Virus record (IMG/VR): IMGVR_UViG_3300034152_000419
Coordinates: 12,829-76,828 of that record
DNA: 64,000 nucleotides
Direction: 5' to 3' (one strand)
Source of the DNA: a virus
The notes beneath the pieces are model-generated. The model searched no databases. It was given only the letters and a program-made list of their open reading frames with translations, and was not told the DNA's origin. Below, piece by piece: positions 27,307 to 37,253 of this stretch (position 1 is the stretch's first letter; every line of letters begins with the position of its first letter). The translations under genes were made by a program, and so were the position numbers.

Positions 27307-27726
27307 TTAATACGGATTGACATATCCGCGAACACCCGCCCGACTTGTGATCGGACGAATTTTAACAAACGCATTATATTTGATTGCATCGTCAACCGTC
27401 CTCACGAATGATCCGCCTCCCGATGCACCGAGAGACAGTTCCCGATTCAAAACAATTTCGACATGAACGACTTTGTGATTCGAGTTCTCCCAAAAAACGA
27501 GGTCCCCCGAATCCGGGATGACGACTTGATTTTCTGAAAACATTTTCCACAGTTGAGCCGCAGTCCAGTCGCCGCCACGAGCGAGGACGCCGACGGATTT
27601 CAAACACTCGATGACCAGACCTGAGCAATCAAACGACGACGGATCATCTCCTCCCCATGTATAAAATTTTCCCCAGTTCCGCCGCGCGACATCGAGCACG
27701 ATCTGTCGTTTCTGAGTCTCGTTCAT
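27307..27726 (-). CDS. NlpC/P60 peptidoglycan peptidase (endolysin)
   Basis: YTWGG....FDCSGL, GDLVF, HV. Confidence 0.85.
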   Translation of the reverse strand: MNETQKRQIVLDVARRNWGKFYTWGGDDPSSFDCSGLVIECLKSVGVLARGGDWTAAQLWKMFSENQVVIPDSGDLVFWENSNHKVVHVEIVLNRELSLGASGGGSFVRTVDDAIKYNAFVKIRPITSRAGVRGYVNPY

Positions 27727-28712
27727 TTTTCACCTCCCCCGAAAATAAAGTGACCGTCTGTTTTCCAGTATTCGAGAAACTCTGTGAGATCCCTCATTCG
27801 GTTGACCTCAATCAGTTTTTTTTGTGCTCCGCATTTTTCCCGGATCTTTTCCATCACACCGTTTGTCCTCCGGGGAGAGGTGACAAAATAATTTGACGCA
27901 TACTTGAGAGCCTCTGCCTCATCGGAGTGCATATAGACTGCCGTCATCCGGTTTTTGTGGTAATCCTCATAGCGATAATTATATCCTCTCTTGTCTCCGT
28001 GATGAAAAAGCGTCCCCCACGGATAGATATATTTTGAGATCCCCATGACCGCGAGTGTATAATTGACAAAGTTCTCGCCTCCACCATAGATCCCCAGTGT
28101 CGGAGGAAAACCGCCGAGCATAGCAAAGATTTCTCGCGTCATAAGCATCCCACAGAGACTCATGACCGGGACCTCAAAAACGTCGTCGTGTCCTTTGAAA
28201 TTCATAAATTTATAGTGATATTTCGCCGTCTCCTCATCGAAATCCATCTGATAGATCAGACGTTGTTTTTCGAGGATCTGATATGTGAGAGGGAGAGACA
28301 GTGTCCCCGCGAGATCGACATGAGCGTCCTCATAATACATGAACATATCATGGAGAGAGTTTTGTGACGGAATCACGTGTCCATCCATGAACCACAGAAA
28401 CCGACCGGAGGATTGTTTGACTCCCTCGTTTTTTGCTTGCCAGTGACTCAACCGCTCATCATATCTAACATATTTGAGCCAGTCGAAAAACTTTGAGACC
28501 TGTTTGATGTGTCCCTCTTTTGCTTTCCCGTCTTTGCCGATGTGATCGTGACCTCTGTCCGGTTCGCGACAGTCGGGACCGTCAATATAATTATCGACCG
28601 CGATGATCTCAAAATCCACTTTGTCGATCAGTTGCTCCGCAATCGCCCGGATCGTGAAAGCGATGTTCGCCCATTCATTACAAAATGGAATTATTATTGA
28701 TAGATCACTCAT
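27723..28712 (-). CDS. GT-A glycosyltransferase with polypeptide-GalNAc-transferase-like motifs
   Basis: SIIIPFCNE, FMDGH (DxH), LGGF...IYGGGEN, downstream His. Confidence 0.8.
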   Translation of the reverse strand: MSDLSIIIPFCNEWANIAFTIRAIAEQLIDKVDFEIIAVDNYIDGPDCREPDRGHDHIGKDGKAKEGHIKQVSKFFDWLKYVRYDERLSHWQAKNEGVKQSSGRFLWFMDGHVIPSQNSLHDMFMYYEDAHVDLAGTLSLPLTYQILEKQRLIYQMDFDEETAKYHYKFMNFKGHDDVFEVPVMSLCGMLMTREIFAMLGGFPPTLGIYGGGENFVNYTLAVMGISKYIYPWGTLFHHGDKRGYNYRYEDYHKNRMTAVYMHSDEAEALKYASNYFVTSPRRTNGVMEKIREKCGAQKKLIEVNRMRDLTEFLEYWKTDGHFIFGGGEK

Positions 28713-29103
28713 CCTTGAATCCTCTGAGTTTTAACAGTTCCCGTTTCAGGATAGGAAAAACGGGGACCAGATCGGGAGCAAGTTCGACGACATCCTCCAC
28801 CTTGATCGAGGCAAAATGGACGACGGTCGATTTCATCATTCGCGCCTGTGTCCCTTTGGGAGTTGCGTCCTGAACATCCCTGAAAAATCCCGCCGACTTT
28901 TTCAAATGTCCATAATAATCAACCGCGAGGGATACAGAGCAGTCGATTTCGAGACCGACAAGTTTCCCGAATCTCTGTTTCGACAGTTTCCCGTTTCTGA
29001 CCGGGACCATCTCCTCCCGTCCGATTTTGCCACCTTGCACACCCCGGATGATCACATCGTTCTCAAATTTCAGGAGAACATTTTTGAAATCGCTCTGATC
29101 CAT
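28705..29103 (-). CDS. Hypothetical protein
   Basis: 132 aa, coupled to neighbours. Confidence 0.6.
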   Translation of the reverse strand: MDQSDFKNVLLKFENDVIIRGVQGGKIGREEMVPVRNGKLSKQRFGKLVGLEIDCSVSLAVDYYGHLKKSAGFFRDVQDATPKGTQARMMKSTVVHFASIKVEDVVELAPDLVPVFPILKRELLKLRGFKDE

Positions 29104-29106
29104 GTG

Positions 29107-29730
29107 TCATCCTTTTTTAAATGGGATTTTTTCCAGTATCATGACCCCCTCAAGTTCGAGGTCGAATCTGTATTCCATGAACAGGACCCGGAATGAAAAC
29201 CCGGACGACAGATTGTCCGCGAACTTGTCGAACAAAAAACCCAGTGACGAGATCGGTGAAAAGTGCGCCTTGTTTCCCGTTCCCTTTGGTTCGATGGGAG
29301 TGAACACCGAAACACGATTCCCGATCCCCATTAATTGAATCACATTGAAAATTGAACGGTCCAGATTTCGACAGTGTTCAAAAACATGAGACGCATGAAT
29401 ATCAAACTTTTTTCCATGCAGTCCGAGAGAGTGTGTGAGCAGTTGATCGACATCCCCACGTCGAATCCGCAGTCCCGCCTCACGACCCCGATTGACCCGT
29501 TCCCTGACGATCTCAACCCCGATGACATCCGAAATCAAACGAGTCTCAAGCATCGCGAGAATCTCGGTCCCATCCCCACAACCGAGCACGAGAACCGGAT
29601 CACTCAAAAAGTGCGAGGATTCGCGAGCGTTGCGAATCGCACGGAGACCCATCCGGGACGGTCGATCTCCCGCCTTTGCTCCGCCGCTTGAGTTCGAGCA
29701 AAATCTCCTCTGTATCTCCTCATAACTCAT
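29107..29730 (-). CDS. Class I SAM methyltransferase
   Basis: VLVLGCGDG, GVE, FD...SHVFEH. Confidence 0.8.
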   Translation of the reverse strand: MSYEEIQRRFCSNSSGGAKAGDRPSRMGLRAIRNARESSHFLSDPVLVLGCGDGTEILAMLETRLISDVIGVEIVRERVNRGREAGLRIRRGDVDQLLTHSLGLHGKKFDIHASHVFEHCRNLDRSIFNVIQLMGIGNRVSVFTPIEPKGTGNKAHFSPISSLGFLFDKFADNLSSGFSFRVLFMEYRFDLELEGVMILEKIPFKKG

Positions 29731-30062
29731 TTAAACACCTTGACCGTGACCTGTCCGATTGAGAAAAATGAATCCGATCCGATTGTGAGCATGTATTGTC
29801 CCATCGAATCAGATCCCGCCGTCAGTATCAGACCGAATGTCACCTCCGTGCCGGGAGGGATCGGTTTGATGTGTGTGATACTCATCGAGACACAGACCGC
29901 TTTGTCACCGAGAGATCTCCACACAGTATCATTGACCAGAGCACACAGGAGACCATTCGGGACCTGACGTCCCTCGCGATATTTTTCTCCGATCAAGTCC
30001 CCATAAGCCTCGATCATCTCCGATGTGACAGTGAATTTTCTTTCGACTGAGTTCATCCCCAT
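29727..30062 (-). CDS. Hotdog-fold (MaoC/thioesterase-like) protein
   Basis: VT.EMIEAYGDL.G, VPNGLL, H.KPI.PG. Confidence 0.55.
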   Translation of the reverse strand: MGMNSVERKFTVTSEMIEAYGDLIGEKYREGRQVPNGLLCALVNDTVWRSLGDKAVCVSMSITHIKPIPPGTEVTFGLILTAGSDSMGQYMLTIGSDSFFSIGQVTVKVFK

Positions 30063-31345
30063 GTCTCCGAATCCCCGAAAATCGGGAGATAATGTCGATT
30101 ATAAATATAATCCCAGTTGTGAAATTGCCGATGAAAAGTTTTGCAGTTGATTGATTCATTCTCTCTCATCCGCCCGACGATCAGTGCCGCGACGAGATCA
30201 AAATATTCCCGCTCTGAAACTGCGTGTTTCGGTTTCACCTCGAACGATCCGAAATTGACAAACAGGGATGAGAATCCGTGAACCTCAAGCATCATGTCGA
30301 GCGACTTGTTGAGCACGACCAGACATCCCCCCGCGAGAGCCGCCTCAAGTCCGATCAGACCGAATGACTCCTCCTGTGTCGGATAGATCATCACATTCGA
30401 GCACATCAAAAGTTCCCGGACCATTCTGATCGGGACCCCTGTTTTATATTTTTCTGAAAACCGGGATGTGAAAAAGAACTCCTGACGTGTGAGTCCGTTC
30501 CGCATCGCAATCCTCTCAAAATGCTCGACGTCCTGCATAGGTTCCCGACCCGTCGCCCATGAGTTACAGACACACAGACACACCGAGAATCCCATTTTTT
30601 TGAACGCTCGAAAAAGAATAATCACATCTCGGAGATGTTTTGCCTTGAGCCTGTCCGATCCGACCGGATAGATCTGAACGATGTCCGATTGCAGGAGACC
30701 CGGATAATTTTTAATCAAAAGATCCGTCTCAGGATCGAACTCCATAAACGACCGGAGATCTTTGATGTGAGGGATCACTTTCACGTCCGCGACTTTGCAC
30801 TGATATGCAGTCGCGACCCGGAGAGCGTCCGTCTTGTTCGGATAAATGAGTTTGTGTCCGGGACCATATCTTTTCAGATTCCACCAGTCAAAACCCTGAG
30901 CCGGGAGAGAGTGAATCCAGTGTAAATATTTTATCAGATGTCCCTCCCTCCGCAGTTCCCGACCGGACTCCATCAACGCGAGAGCATAGGGGAGATTCCA
31001 TCCCGTGAAAACAAAATCGTGAGTGAAAACGAAATCAGATCCGGGGAGGATATTTTTCAGCACGTGTGAGATCTTTTTGACGTCTGCCTTGTGCTCCTCG
31101 GAGATCTCTTTTTCGCTCCGGTAGTCAACAAGATCCGGTTGAGGTAGAGCCGGAAAAACCTCGACCCCCAGTTCCCGGAAAAACTTTTCACCCCGACTCT
31201 CATCGTTGAATTGTTCGGAGACGACGACACAGACATCGTGTCCGTGTTCGGTGAGCATCCGGCATTGATCCTTGACAATACCAGTCAAAGAATATCCCGG
31301 ATGGAAATCGGTGAAATTTGTAAGGATGGAAATTTTCTTTTTCAT
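30053..31345 (-). CDS. GT-B (GT4-like) glycosyltransferase
   Basis: YPTQEESFGLIGLEA (EX7E-type motif). Confidence 0.8.
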   Translation of the reverse strand: MKKKISILTNFTDFHPGYSLTGIVKDQCRMLTEHGHDVCVVVSEQFNDESRGEKFFRELGVEVFPALPQPDLVDYRSEKEISEEHKADVKKISHVLKNILPGSDFVFTHDFVFTGWNLPYALALMESGRELRREGHLIKYLHWIHSLPAQGFDWWNLKRYGPGHKLIYPNKTDALRVATAYQCKVADVKVIPHIKDLRSFMEFDPETDLLIKNYPGLLQSDIVQIYPVGSDRLKAKHLRDVIILFRAFKKMGFSVCLCVCNSWATGREPMQDVEHFERIAMRNGLTRQEFFFTSRFSEKYKTGVPIRMVRELLMCSNVMIYPTQEESFGLIGLEAALAGGCLVVLNKSLDMMLEVHGFSSLFVNFGSFEVKPKHAVSEREYFDLVAALIVGRMRENESINCKTFHRQFHNWDYIYNRHYLPIFGDSETWG

Positions 31346-31397
31346 CTGAGCCTCCTGTCATGATTCTCTGCCGAGTCTGATTCAGGATCAGTTTATA

Positions 31398-32129
31398 TTA
31401 AACCGTCAGGGAGATCTCCTCGACGGTGATATCAACGATATATGCCGCCCCTGCACCGTAGTTCATACCGAGCATCAAATAATTCATCGTGTCAGTACTT
31501 GTCAATGTGTGTGCTATTAAAGATCCGACCTGAACCGAAAAATCGGGATCGGAATAAACTCTTTGTTGGATCTGTGCTCCGACCCGTTTCATCTCGATAA
31601 AATAATCTGTATCAAGAGAATGGGATAAATTTGAGGTTGAGATTGAGTTCGTCCCGTCCACCGCTCCGCCGCATGTCAAATATGGATTCGGAGATCCTCC
31701 CTGATAGGATCTTACATAATTATAATCATAATCCGCCACGAGTCCGCTCCACCAGCAATCCGCCTCCTCACCGAGTCCGAACCAAAAAAAAGCATTTTGA
31801 TGCGTTTTGCTCCCTCGCCGAAATTTGACTCTGAGTGTGTAATCCCCACTGATCGGAGAGTCAAGTTCACGAGAGGCATGAGCACAGACATTTGATAGTC
31901 CCTCGTTTGTATAAATACCATCCCCGGAAATGACCCAGTCGCCGCCCGGATCGACGATTGTGTGTTGAAAAGCAGGATATGTCCCTTTTAAAAATTCCTG
32001 AACCGACCGATTTTCAGCTTTGCCTCCCTGTGTCCGGTTGACATCTCCGATCCCCAGTCCTCCGATGATTGATGTGTTCGGAGTTCCGCGACCGGGACCT
32101 CCCCCTCGGATCGAAAATGTCTTTGCCAT
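31398..32129 (-). CDS. ConA/lectin-like beta-sandwich protein
   Basis: Beta-rich C-terminal domain, Gly-rich N-terminus. Confidence 0.5.
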   Translation of the reverse strand: MAKTFSIRGGGPGRGTPNTSIIGGLGIGDVNRTQGGKAENRSVQEFLKGTYPAFQHTIVDPGGDWVISGDGIYTNEGLSNVCAHASRELDSPISGDYTLRVKFRRGSKTHQNAFFWFGLGEEADCWWSGLVADYDYNYVRSYQGGSPNPYLTCGGAVDGTNSISTSNLSHSLDTDYFIEMKRVGAQIQQRVYSDPDFSVQVGSLIAHTLTSTDTMNYLMLGMNYGAGAAYIVDITVEEISLTV

Positions 32130-32147
32130 AGCACACCTCCGATGATA

Positions 32148-32163
32148 GTGCACACGTGTGCAC
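32148..32163. repeat. 16-bp palindrome, copy 6
   Basis: Perfect, intergenic. Confidence 0.85.
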
Positions 32164-32165
32164 AT

Positions 32166-32468
32166 TCACGACGTTTGTTGTCGCATTAAGATCTCAATCT
32201 GTCGTTCGAGTTTCTCTTTTTCTTTTCGCAGTTGACGGATCTCATCCCGAACCTCCGGGGGAGCAGTCTGTCCACGATATCGATCCTCAAGTTTCCAGAT
32301 CCGATCATTGACCTCATTGAGTCGGTCCTGTAATATCTTGAGTTCGAGTCGGATCGAGACGAGTTTCACATCCCCGGATTTCGCATATCTCTGATCGACC
32401 GCGAAAAGTGCTCCGGTAATGGAGATCAGAGCGACAATGATTCCACAAATGATCTGTGTCTTTTTCAT
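32166..32468 (-). CDS. TM-anchored coiled-coil protein
   Basis: N-terminal hydrophobic helix followed by heptads. Confidence 0.6.
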   Translation of the reverse strand: MKKTQIICGIIVALISITGALFAVDQRYAKSGDVKLVSIRLELKILQDRLNEVNDRIWKLEDRYRGQTAPPEVRDEIRQLRKEKEKLERQIEILMRQQTS

Positions 32469-32800
32469 AGTTCTTTCACTTTCATTTGAACATCGACCTC
32501 GAATGTCTGACCCGCCGACGTCGGCATCAAAAAAGTGACCTGATACTTTTTCCCGTCGTCTCCCGCCTGACATAGGACACCGAGCATATTGTCCGAATAT
32601 TCCCCGTCAGGATCATCCGCGAGTTTTTTCGTTGCCGTGTTCAGGACGATGCTCGTTGCGTCAGATCCGTCGGAGAGATCTTTTGCCGTGACTTGTGCCG
32701 TCGCGAGATTGATCGTCTCCGTCTCGTCTTGAACATTCAAAATCGATCCGTAAATATAGAACTCCTCCGACGGTTGTTTCTCAAACTTTTCAAGTGCCAT
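32465..32800 (-). CDS. Hypothetical virion Ig-like protein
   Basis: KQPSE...G.DG..Y.VT...T..G...E.D. Confidence 0.6.
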   Translation of the reverse strand: MALEKFEKQPSEEFYIYGSILNVQDETETINLATAQVTAKDLSDGSDATSIVLNTATKKLADDPDGEYSDNMLGVLCQAGDDGKKYQVTFLMPTSAGQTFEVDVQMKVKEL

Positions 32801-32943
32801 GACAGACAGCCTCCCTGAAAATCACTTTGATCTCCTCCCGCCGGAAATTATTTTCGATTTCCTCTCGACGGATCGGAGGTTTCTCATCCTCCCGGAAAAC
32901 TCTCTCCGGGATCTCGACACGCCTAAAAATTATACATTCGTTT

Positions 32944-33132
32944 TCAATCGACACGTTGACAATCCCTCCCGAAAATCCGATCCACAGTTATTCGCCGGAA
33001 AAACTTTTTGATCGTCGCTCGCCTGAAAATGCAAGTGACGACCTCTTTGATCTCGACAAATATTCCCGCATATCCGCGAGTGACGATTCTGTGTTGATTG
33101 CCGAAACCACGTGTGACGATATATGGCATCAC
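32944..33132 (-). CDS. Small hypothetical protein
   Basis: Repeated IVTRG motif; coupled start. Confidence 0.45.
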   Translation of the reverse strand: MMPYIVTRGFGNQHRIVTRGYAGIFVEIKEVVTCIFRRATIKKFFRRITVDRIFGRDCQRVD

Positions 33133-33605
33133 GGGACCCTTTGCCGCTCAAAGACGTTGACCACTGAGGGAGATCCAGACTGATCAAAGAGATTGAATCT
33201 CGCGACCTCCGTCACGTTGTCGTCCTCATAAAAGATCATCTGATTATTGATGATCCTCCACCGTCCCCCCTCAATATGTTTCACAAACTCAAGATCGAGT
33301 CCGAGCGTGTCGAAATCATCGTCGAAAACTTGAAAACTGCCTCCCTTGCCGGAGGGAAAATATGTCGGATGAGTTATGACCAGATACCAGAGACCCGTTG
33401 AGTCCGGGACGAACGAGACACGATAGTTGCCGGAATCGAGTTCGACTATCGTGACCGTCAGAGAGCCTGTCACCTCAATCCCTGACGGATTATAGAGTTT
33501 TTTCCCGAACGATCCCGGACTCAATCCCGTGACCGGATCTCCCCCCGGATCAAGGACCGTGAAATCATCTTTGACTGTCTGATCTTTTCGTCCGATAATC
33601 ATCAT
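33129..33605 (-). CDS. Ig-like virion protein
   Basis: PVTGL...EL..G.Y.VSF.P...G.W. Confidence 0.6.
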   Translation of the reverse strand: MMIIGRKDQTVKDDFTVLDPGGDPVTGLSPGSFGKKLYNPSGIEVTGSLTVTIVELDSGNYRVSFVPDSTGLWYLVITHPTYFPSGKGGSFQVFDDDFDTLGLDLEFVKHIEGGRWRIINNQMIFYEDDNVTEVARFNLFDQSGSPSVVNVFERQRVP

Positions 33606-35050
33606 TGAACCTCGATTGACCCGCCTGTCACCCCCGCACCATAGTCGAGAATCAGACGTCCGGTTTGAGTATATCTGAGATATTTGTCAGCATCTCCGAC
33701 GACAGCTTGAACCGATGGATTTCGATCATATAAAATCCCCAGTCCCGCGATGTCCGGTCGTGTCCAGAATGTGACCGTCGCCGACCCTGCCCCATAATTT
33801 GTATCAGACGATCCGTGTGCATCGAGAGAAAACATGAGAGCAGATATGAACGAAAAGTCGAAAAGATCTTGACCGTCGGAGTTTCCATTGTCGATCATGG
33901 AAACCGCCGCGACCCGGACCCCATAATTTTCACGGTGTCCGATTGCCTTGTTTCCCCTCGCCGCCCAGTCAGCATGAGGATTGATTCCCGGTGAACTATA
34001 CGAGAGCGTATTGACCGGAAACGACTCCAATAAATACCAGTCGTTCCGTGTGAGTTCGGATTCCTTGAGCAGAGGATTGAAAGTTGAGTTCGGATATGAG
34101 ACATCGTCCGCAGTTCCGATGACGTGATCCATATTCCACGCATTGACGAAACACGTGAGTCCGTTGTCGTGTGCATATTTCAAACGCCGATTTAACTCCT
34201 CCCGGTTCGTCCCGAAATCATATCCCGCACGATCAAAGAAAATACCATTGACGCCGAGCGTGACCCACTGATCAATTTTTGAAATGACCGTGTCATAATC
34301 GAGATCGGTCTGAATATATCCGAAAAGAGTTGTCCGAGGATTGAGTTCTCGCAGTCGAGGGAGGATCACCGACGTGTTCGCATAATCCCCATGACTCGGA
34401 TCTTGAATCCCATCCCCGACGACCACGAGTTCATATTTCGCGAGGTCCTGTGCGACAAGTTCATTATTCCATCCGTTATCCCCGAAATTGAAAGAATTGA
34501 GCCACCCATAATAAAACAGGAGATCCGGGGGACGTCTCCACAATGCCGCTTGAACCTGATCATCATGCCACCCGCCCGGATTGTGGATCGTTTCCAGATT
34601 GAGAATCCTTGCCGCATGATCCTCCGCCCATCCAGTCTCACCGAGGATCGGAGTGAATCCCGCGAGATATAAAGGATTATTCGGATCATTATATAATTCA
34701 CGGAGGATCGCATTGAGATTGATCCAAAAAGCCGGACCCTTAATCCCAGTTGAGGGATCTGTCACTATGACCGGAAAAATCGTTTTTCTCGATCCCGCCG
34801 AGTCGATGATCGCCGAATCGTCATCGAATCTTTGTTTCAAAAAGACGAGACCCTCTTTCACATCGGTCAACCATTGAGAGCCTGTCCCGACTTGAATATT
34901 CCCACTTTCAATTTCACTTTCAACATCGAGACTCTGACGGAATAGATCATATTCGTTTTGAGGGACGACATATTGACGGTCCACCCCGATCAAACGTCCG
35001 ATGTCATCAAAAGTGACGACCACTCCCGAAACATTTTTGAGAATCAGCAT
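33602..35050 (-). CDS. TIM-barrel glycoside hydrolase-like protein with N-terminal shared domain
   Basis: FGYI, GV.GIFFD.AGYDFG, VNAW, LESF (GH114/spherulin-4-like). Confidence 0.6.
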   Translation of the reverse strand: MLILKNVSGVVVTFDDIGRLIGVDRQYVVPQNEYDLFRQSLDVESEIESGNIQVGTGSQWLTDVKEGLVFLKQRFDDDSAIIDSAGSRKTIFPVIVTDPSTGIKGPAFWINLNAILRELYNDPNNPLYLAGFTPILGETGWAEDHAARILNLETIHNPGGWHDDQVQAALWRRPPDLLFYYGWLNSFNFGDNGWNNELVAQDLAKYELVVVGDGIQDPSHGDYANTSVILPRLRELNPRTTLFGYIQTDLDYDTVISKIDQWVTLGVNGIFFDRAGYDFGTNREELNRRLKYAHDNGLTCFVNAWNMDHVIGTADDVSYPNSTFNPLLKESELTRNDWYLLESFPVNTLSYSSPGINPHADWAARGNKAIGHRENYGVRVAAVSMIDNGNSDGQDLFDFSFISALMFSLDAHGSSDTNYGAGSATVTFWTRPDIAGLGILYDRNPSVQAVVGDADKYLRYTQTGRLILDYGAGVTGGSIEVQ

Positions 35051-35053
35051 TTT

Positions 35054-36907
35054 TTATCCCCTCCACGCGACAATAATTTGAATTATAGGATTTTCCGTGA
35101 ACCGGACGTCACTGACATTTTCCTCAAGTCCTTGTGAATAAAACGTCGATTGAGAAAGCAAATTATTTGCCTCCGCCTCGATGTGTTCGGGAGTCGTTGC
35201 CGTCTTTTTGATTCTCAGTTCATCGAGAATGACATCCTCGATCCCTCGTGTGTCAGATCCAAGTCTCCGACAGATTCTCGCACCGACTCCCGTTTCGCCG
35301 ACAATCGTCCCGGATGCACCATGATTGCCGATCTGAGACCCGTCCTGATAAATTCTTTTATTTTCTCCGTTCTTGTATCTTAAATGTGTTACATGCCACC
35401 CCGTCGAAACACCGACATCGTCATGTCGATTATATCCGCCAGTCAAAGTCAACCGAGAGTTGATTCTGACCGGATTCGATCCTCCATCGAGTCCGAACAT
35501 TATTTGAGGATTGTTTGAGTCCGCGCCACGGTTGAAAAAACCCGCATCGTCTCCATGAGGGACCGAATAGATATTGAACAGAGCGAGGACCTGAACCTCT
35601 GACGCTCCGTTGAGATCCGTTGCGAGAGTTGCATCTGTAATGTCATAATAATCACCTCCCGCATTTGTGAAATCGTGTGCCTTGCCGAATCGACCATCGA
35701 CCCAGTCTGACGGGTCCATCCCGACCGCAGTCGCCTCATTTCCATTTTCGGTTGAGTCTGCGACAGAGTCGCCGGACCCCGTGATCTCCTCCTGAAAATG
35801 CCACACTGCAATATAATCAGACCACACAGTCGCCGGATCTGACGGATCACTTGCCGCAGACGAGTTCCCATAGTAAAGACGGATCGGAGTGTCCAGATCA
35901 TGAGAAACCGTTGAGATTTTAACATGAGCGACCAGTTCCCCGGTTGACTGATCCCAGTAAACCCGCTCATAGGGGAGGACAGTCTCATCGTCCTCCGCGA
36001 TAAATACCAGATCATATCCGTTCGCGAGTGCCTTTGTCAGATCGCCGTCTGTAATATCCACAGACAGGATGAAATCGGTGAGATCCGCAGTGCCGGGGAT
36101 TTTTGTGTGATCGATTGTGAGTGTCTTTCGATAATTATAATCAAGATCCCACCACGAGGACGGTCCCCCGGATTCATCGGTTGCAAATGTCTGCAATTTC
36201 GACGAGACCGTCAGATCGATATCAAGTCCTGAATTTTTATATTCAAAATTTGACAGATTAAATGTCAGGACAGGAGTCCCGTCATCCATGATCTGAAATT
36301 CTTTGTCAGTATATCCGCCAGTCGCCGAGGCAACAACCCCGACAATGGTTCCATCCCGGATCAGTGGATATCCGACACCCGCACCGAGAGCATCGCCGAT
36401 CTTGAGATATCCGTTCTCAACCGATCCACCACGGTTGAAAACGAAAACCTCCCGATCAACCGAGAGCCATTTCGCGAAATCGTTATTCCAGATATACAAA
36501 AGACCGTTGCTCGTATTGTACCATCCGAGACCATCTGTCGGGGAGGACGGAGCAGTCGCCGAAATGACCCACCCCTCATTGATTGCCGCGATGAGAGCAT
36601 TGACCTCCGCTTGAGTGTACTTGTCGAGGTTCGTGATGTCCGCCTCGACATGAGTGTGAACGGTGTCCGCTTTCCCGTCGAGTGCATTTTGTAAATCGGT
36701 CTGATCCGACAGCGTTCCGACGATGTCACCCCAGTTGACCGAACTTGTCTCGAACCAGTATGAGAGCGAGTTCCATTCAGTGACACCGTCCCCGATCTTG
36801 ATCTTTTTCGTGTCCTGCTCGATCCCGATCTCACCGTCCGCGAGGACCGGATTCACTGAGGTCCAGTCCGCCGCCGAGTCACGTCTGATCTGAATTTTAT
36901 CAGCCAT
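35054..36907 (-). CDS. Fibre/receptor-binding protein (MTD-N + DUF2341 + LamG)
   Basis: IQIRRDSAADW...NPVLA.GE.G...KIGDG; W...Y.YRK.LTI...LYYGN; LamG-like ...ILDELRI. Confidence 0.75.
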   Translation of the reverse strand: MADKIQIRRDSAADWTSVNPVLADGEIGIEQDTKKIKIGDGVTEWNSLSYWFETSSVNWGDIVGTLSDQTDLQNALDGKADTVHTHVEADITNLDKYTQAEVNALIAAINEGWVISATAPSSPTDGLGWYNTSNGLLYIWNNDFAKWLSVDREVFVFNRGGSVENGYLKIGDALGAGVGYPLIRDGTIVGVVASATGGYTDKEFQIMDDGTPVLTFNLSNFEYKNSGLDIDLTVSSKLQTFATDESGGPSSWWDLDYNYRKTLTIDHTKIPGTADLTDFILSVDITDGDLTKALANGYDLVFIAEDDETVLPYERVYWDQSTGELVAHVKISTVSHDLDTPIRLYYGNSSAASDPSDPATVWSDYIAVWHFQEEITGSGDSVADSTENGNEATAVGMDPSDWVDGRFGKAHDFTNAGGDYYDITDATLATDLNGASEVQVLALFNIYSVPHGDDAGFFNRGADSNNPQIMFGLDGGSNPVRINSRLTLTGGYNRHDDVGVSTGWHVTHLRYKNGENKRIYQDGSQIGNHGASGTIVGETGVGARICRRLGSDTRGIEDVILDELRIKKTATTPEHIEAEANNLLSQSTFYSQGLEENVSDVRFTENPIIQIIVAWRG

Positions 36908-37250
36908 TTGCATCGCCTCCGTCAACTACTTGAGAGGGGAGATAGACACTGTCCGCGACACCCCCCTCGACGTTTCGATCTGCCGTGATCGATTCGTCCT
37001 GTCCGAGATCCTCCCATTCAGTTTGAACGTCAAGATGATCGAGAGCATCTGAGATCGAGAGATCCGAGGTTCCATCGTTAATCACGATCTGAGCCGCCGA
37101 AACACGAGTTTTCAAAGACTCAGATTGAGTGATATCGTCGAGAGAAAACAGTTCCGTGAGGTTCCGTTGCTCTCCTGCTTTCACGACGAGTCCGAGATCC
37201 TCAATTCCGATATCGGACCCGCCGGGATTTTTCGCGATGATCGTTGTCAT
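36900..37250 (-). CDS. Small adaptor protein with shared N-terminal domain
   Basis: KN..GSD..IEDLG...NDG.SDLS, shared with 37254-38675. Confidence 0.7.
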   Translation of the reverse strand: MTTIIAKNPGGSDIGIEDLGLVVKAGEQRNLTELFSLDDITQSESLKTRVSAAQIVINDGTSDLSISDALDHLDVQTEWEDLGQDESITADRNVEGGVADSVYLPSQVVDGGDANG

Positions 37251-37253
37251 ATC

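Noticed and set aside
35054-36907. Diversity-generating retroelement (MTD-like N-terminus)
   Set aside because: No reverse transcriptase and no template/variable repeat pair seen in the window.
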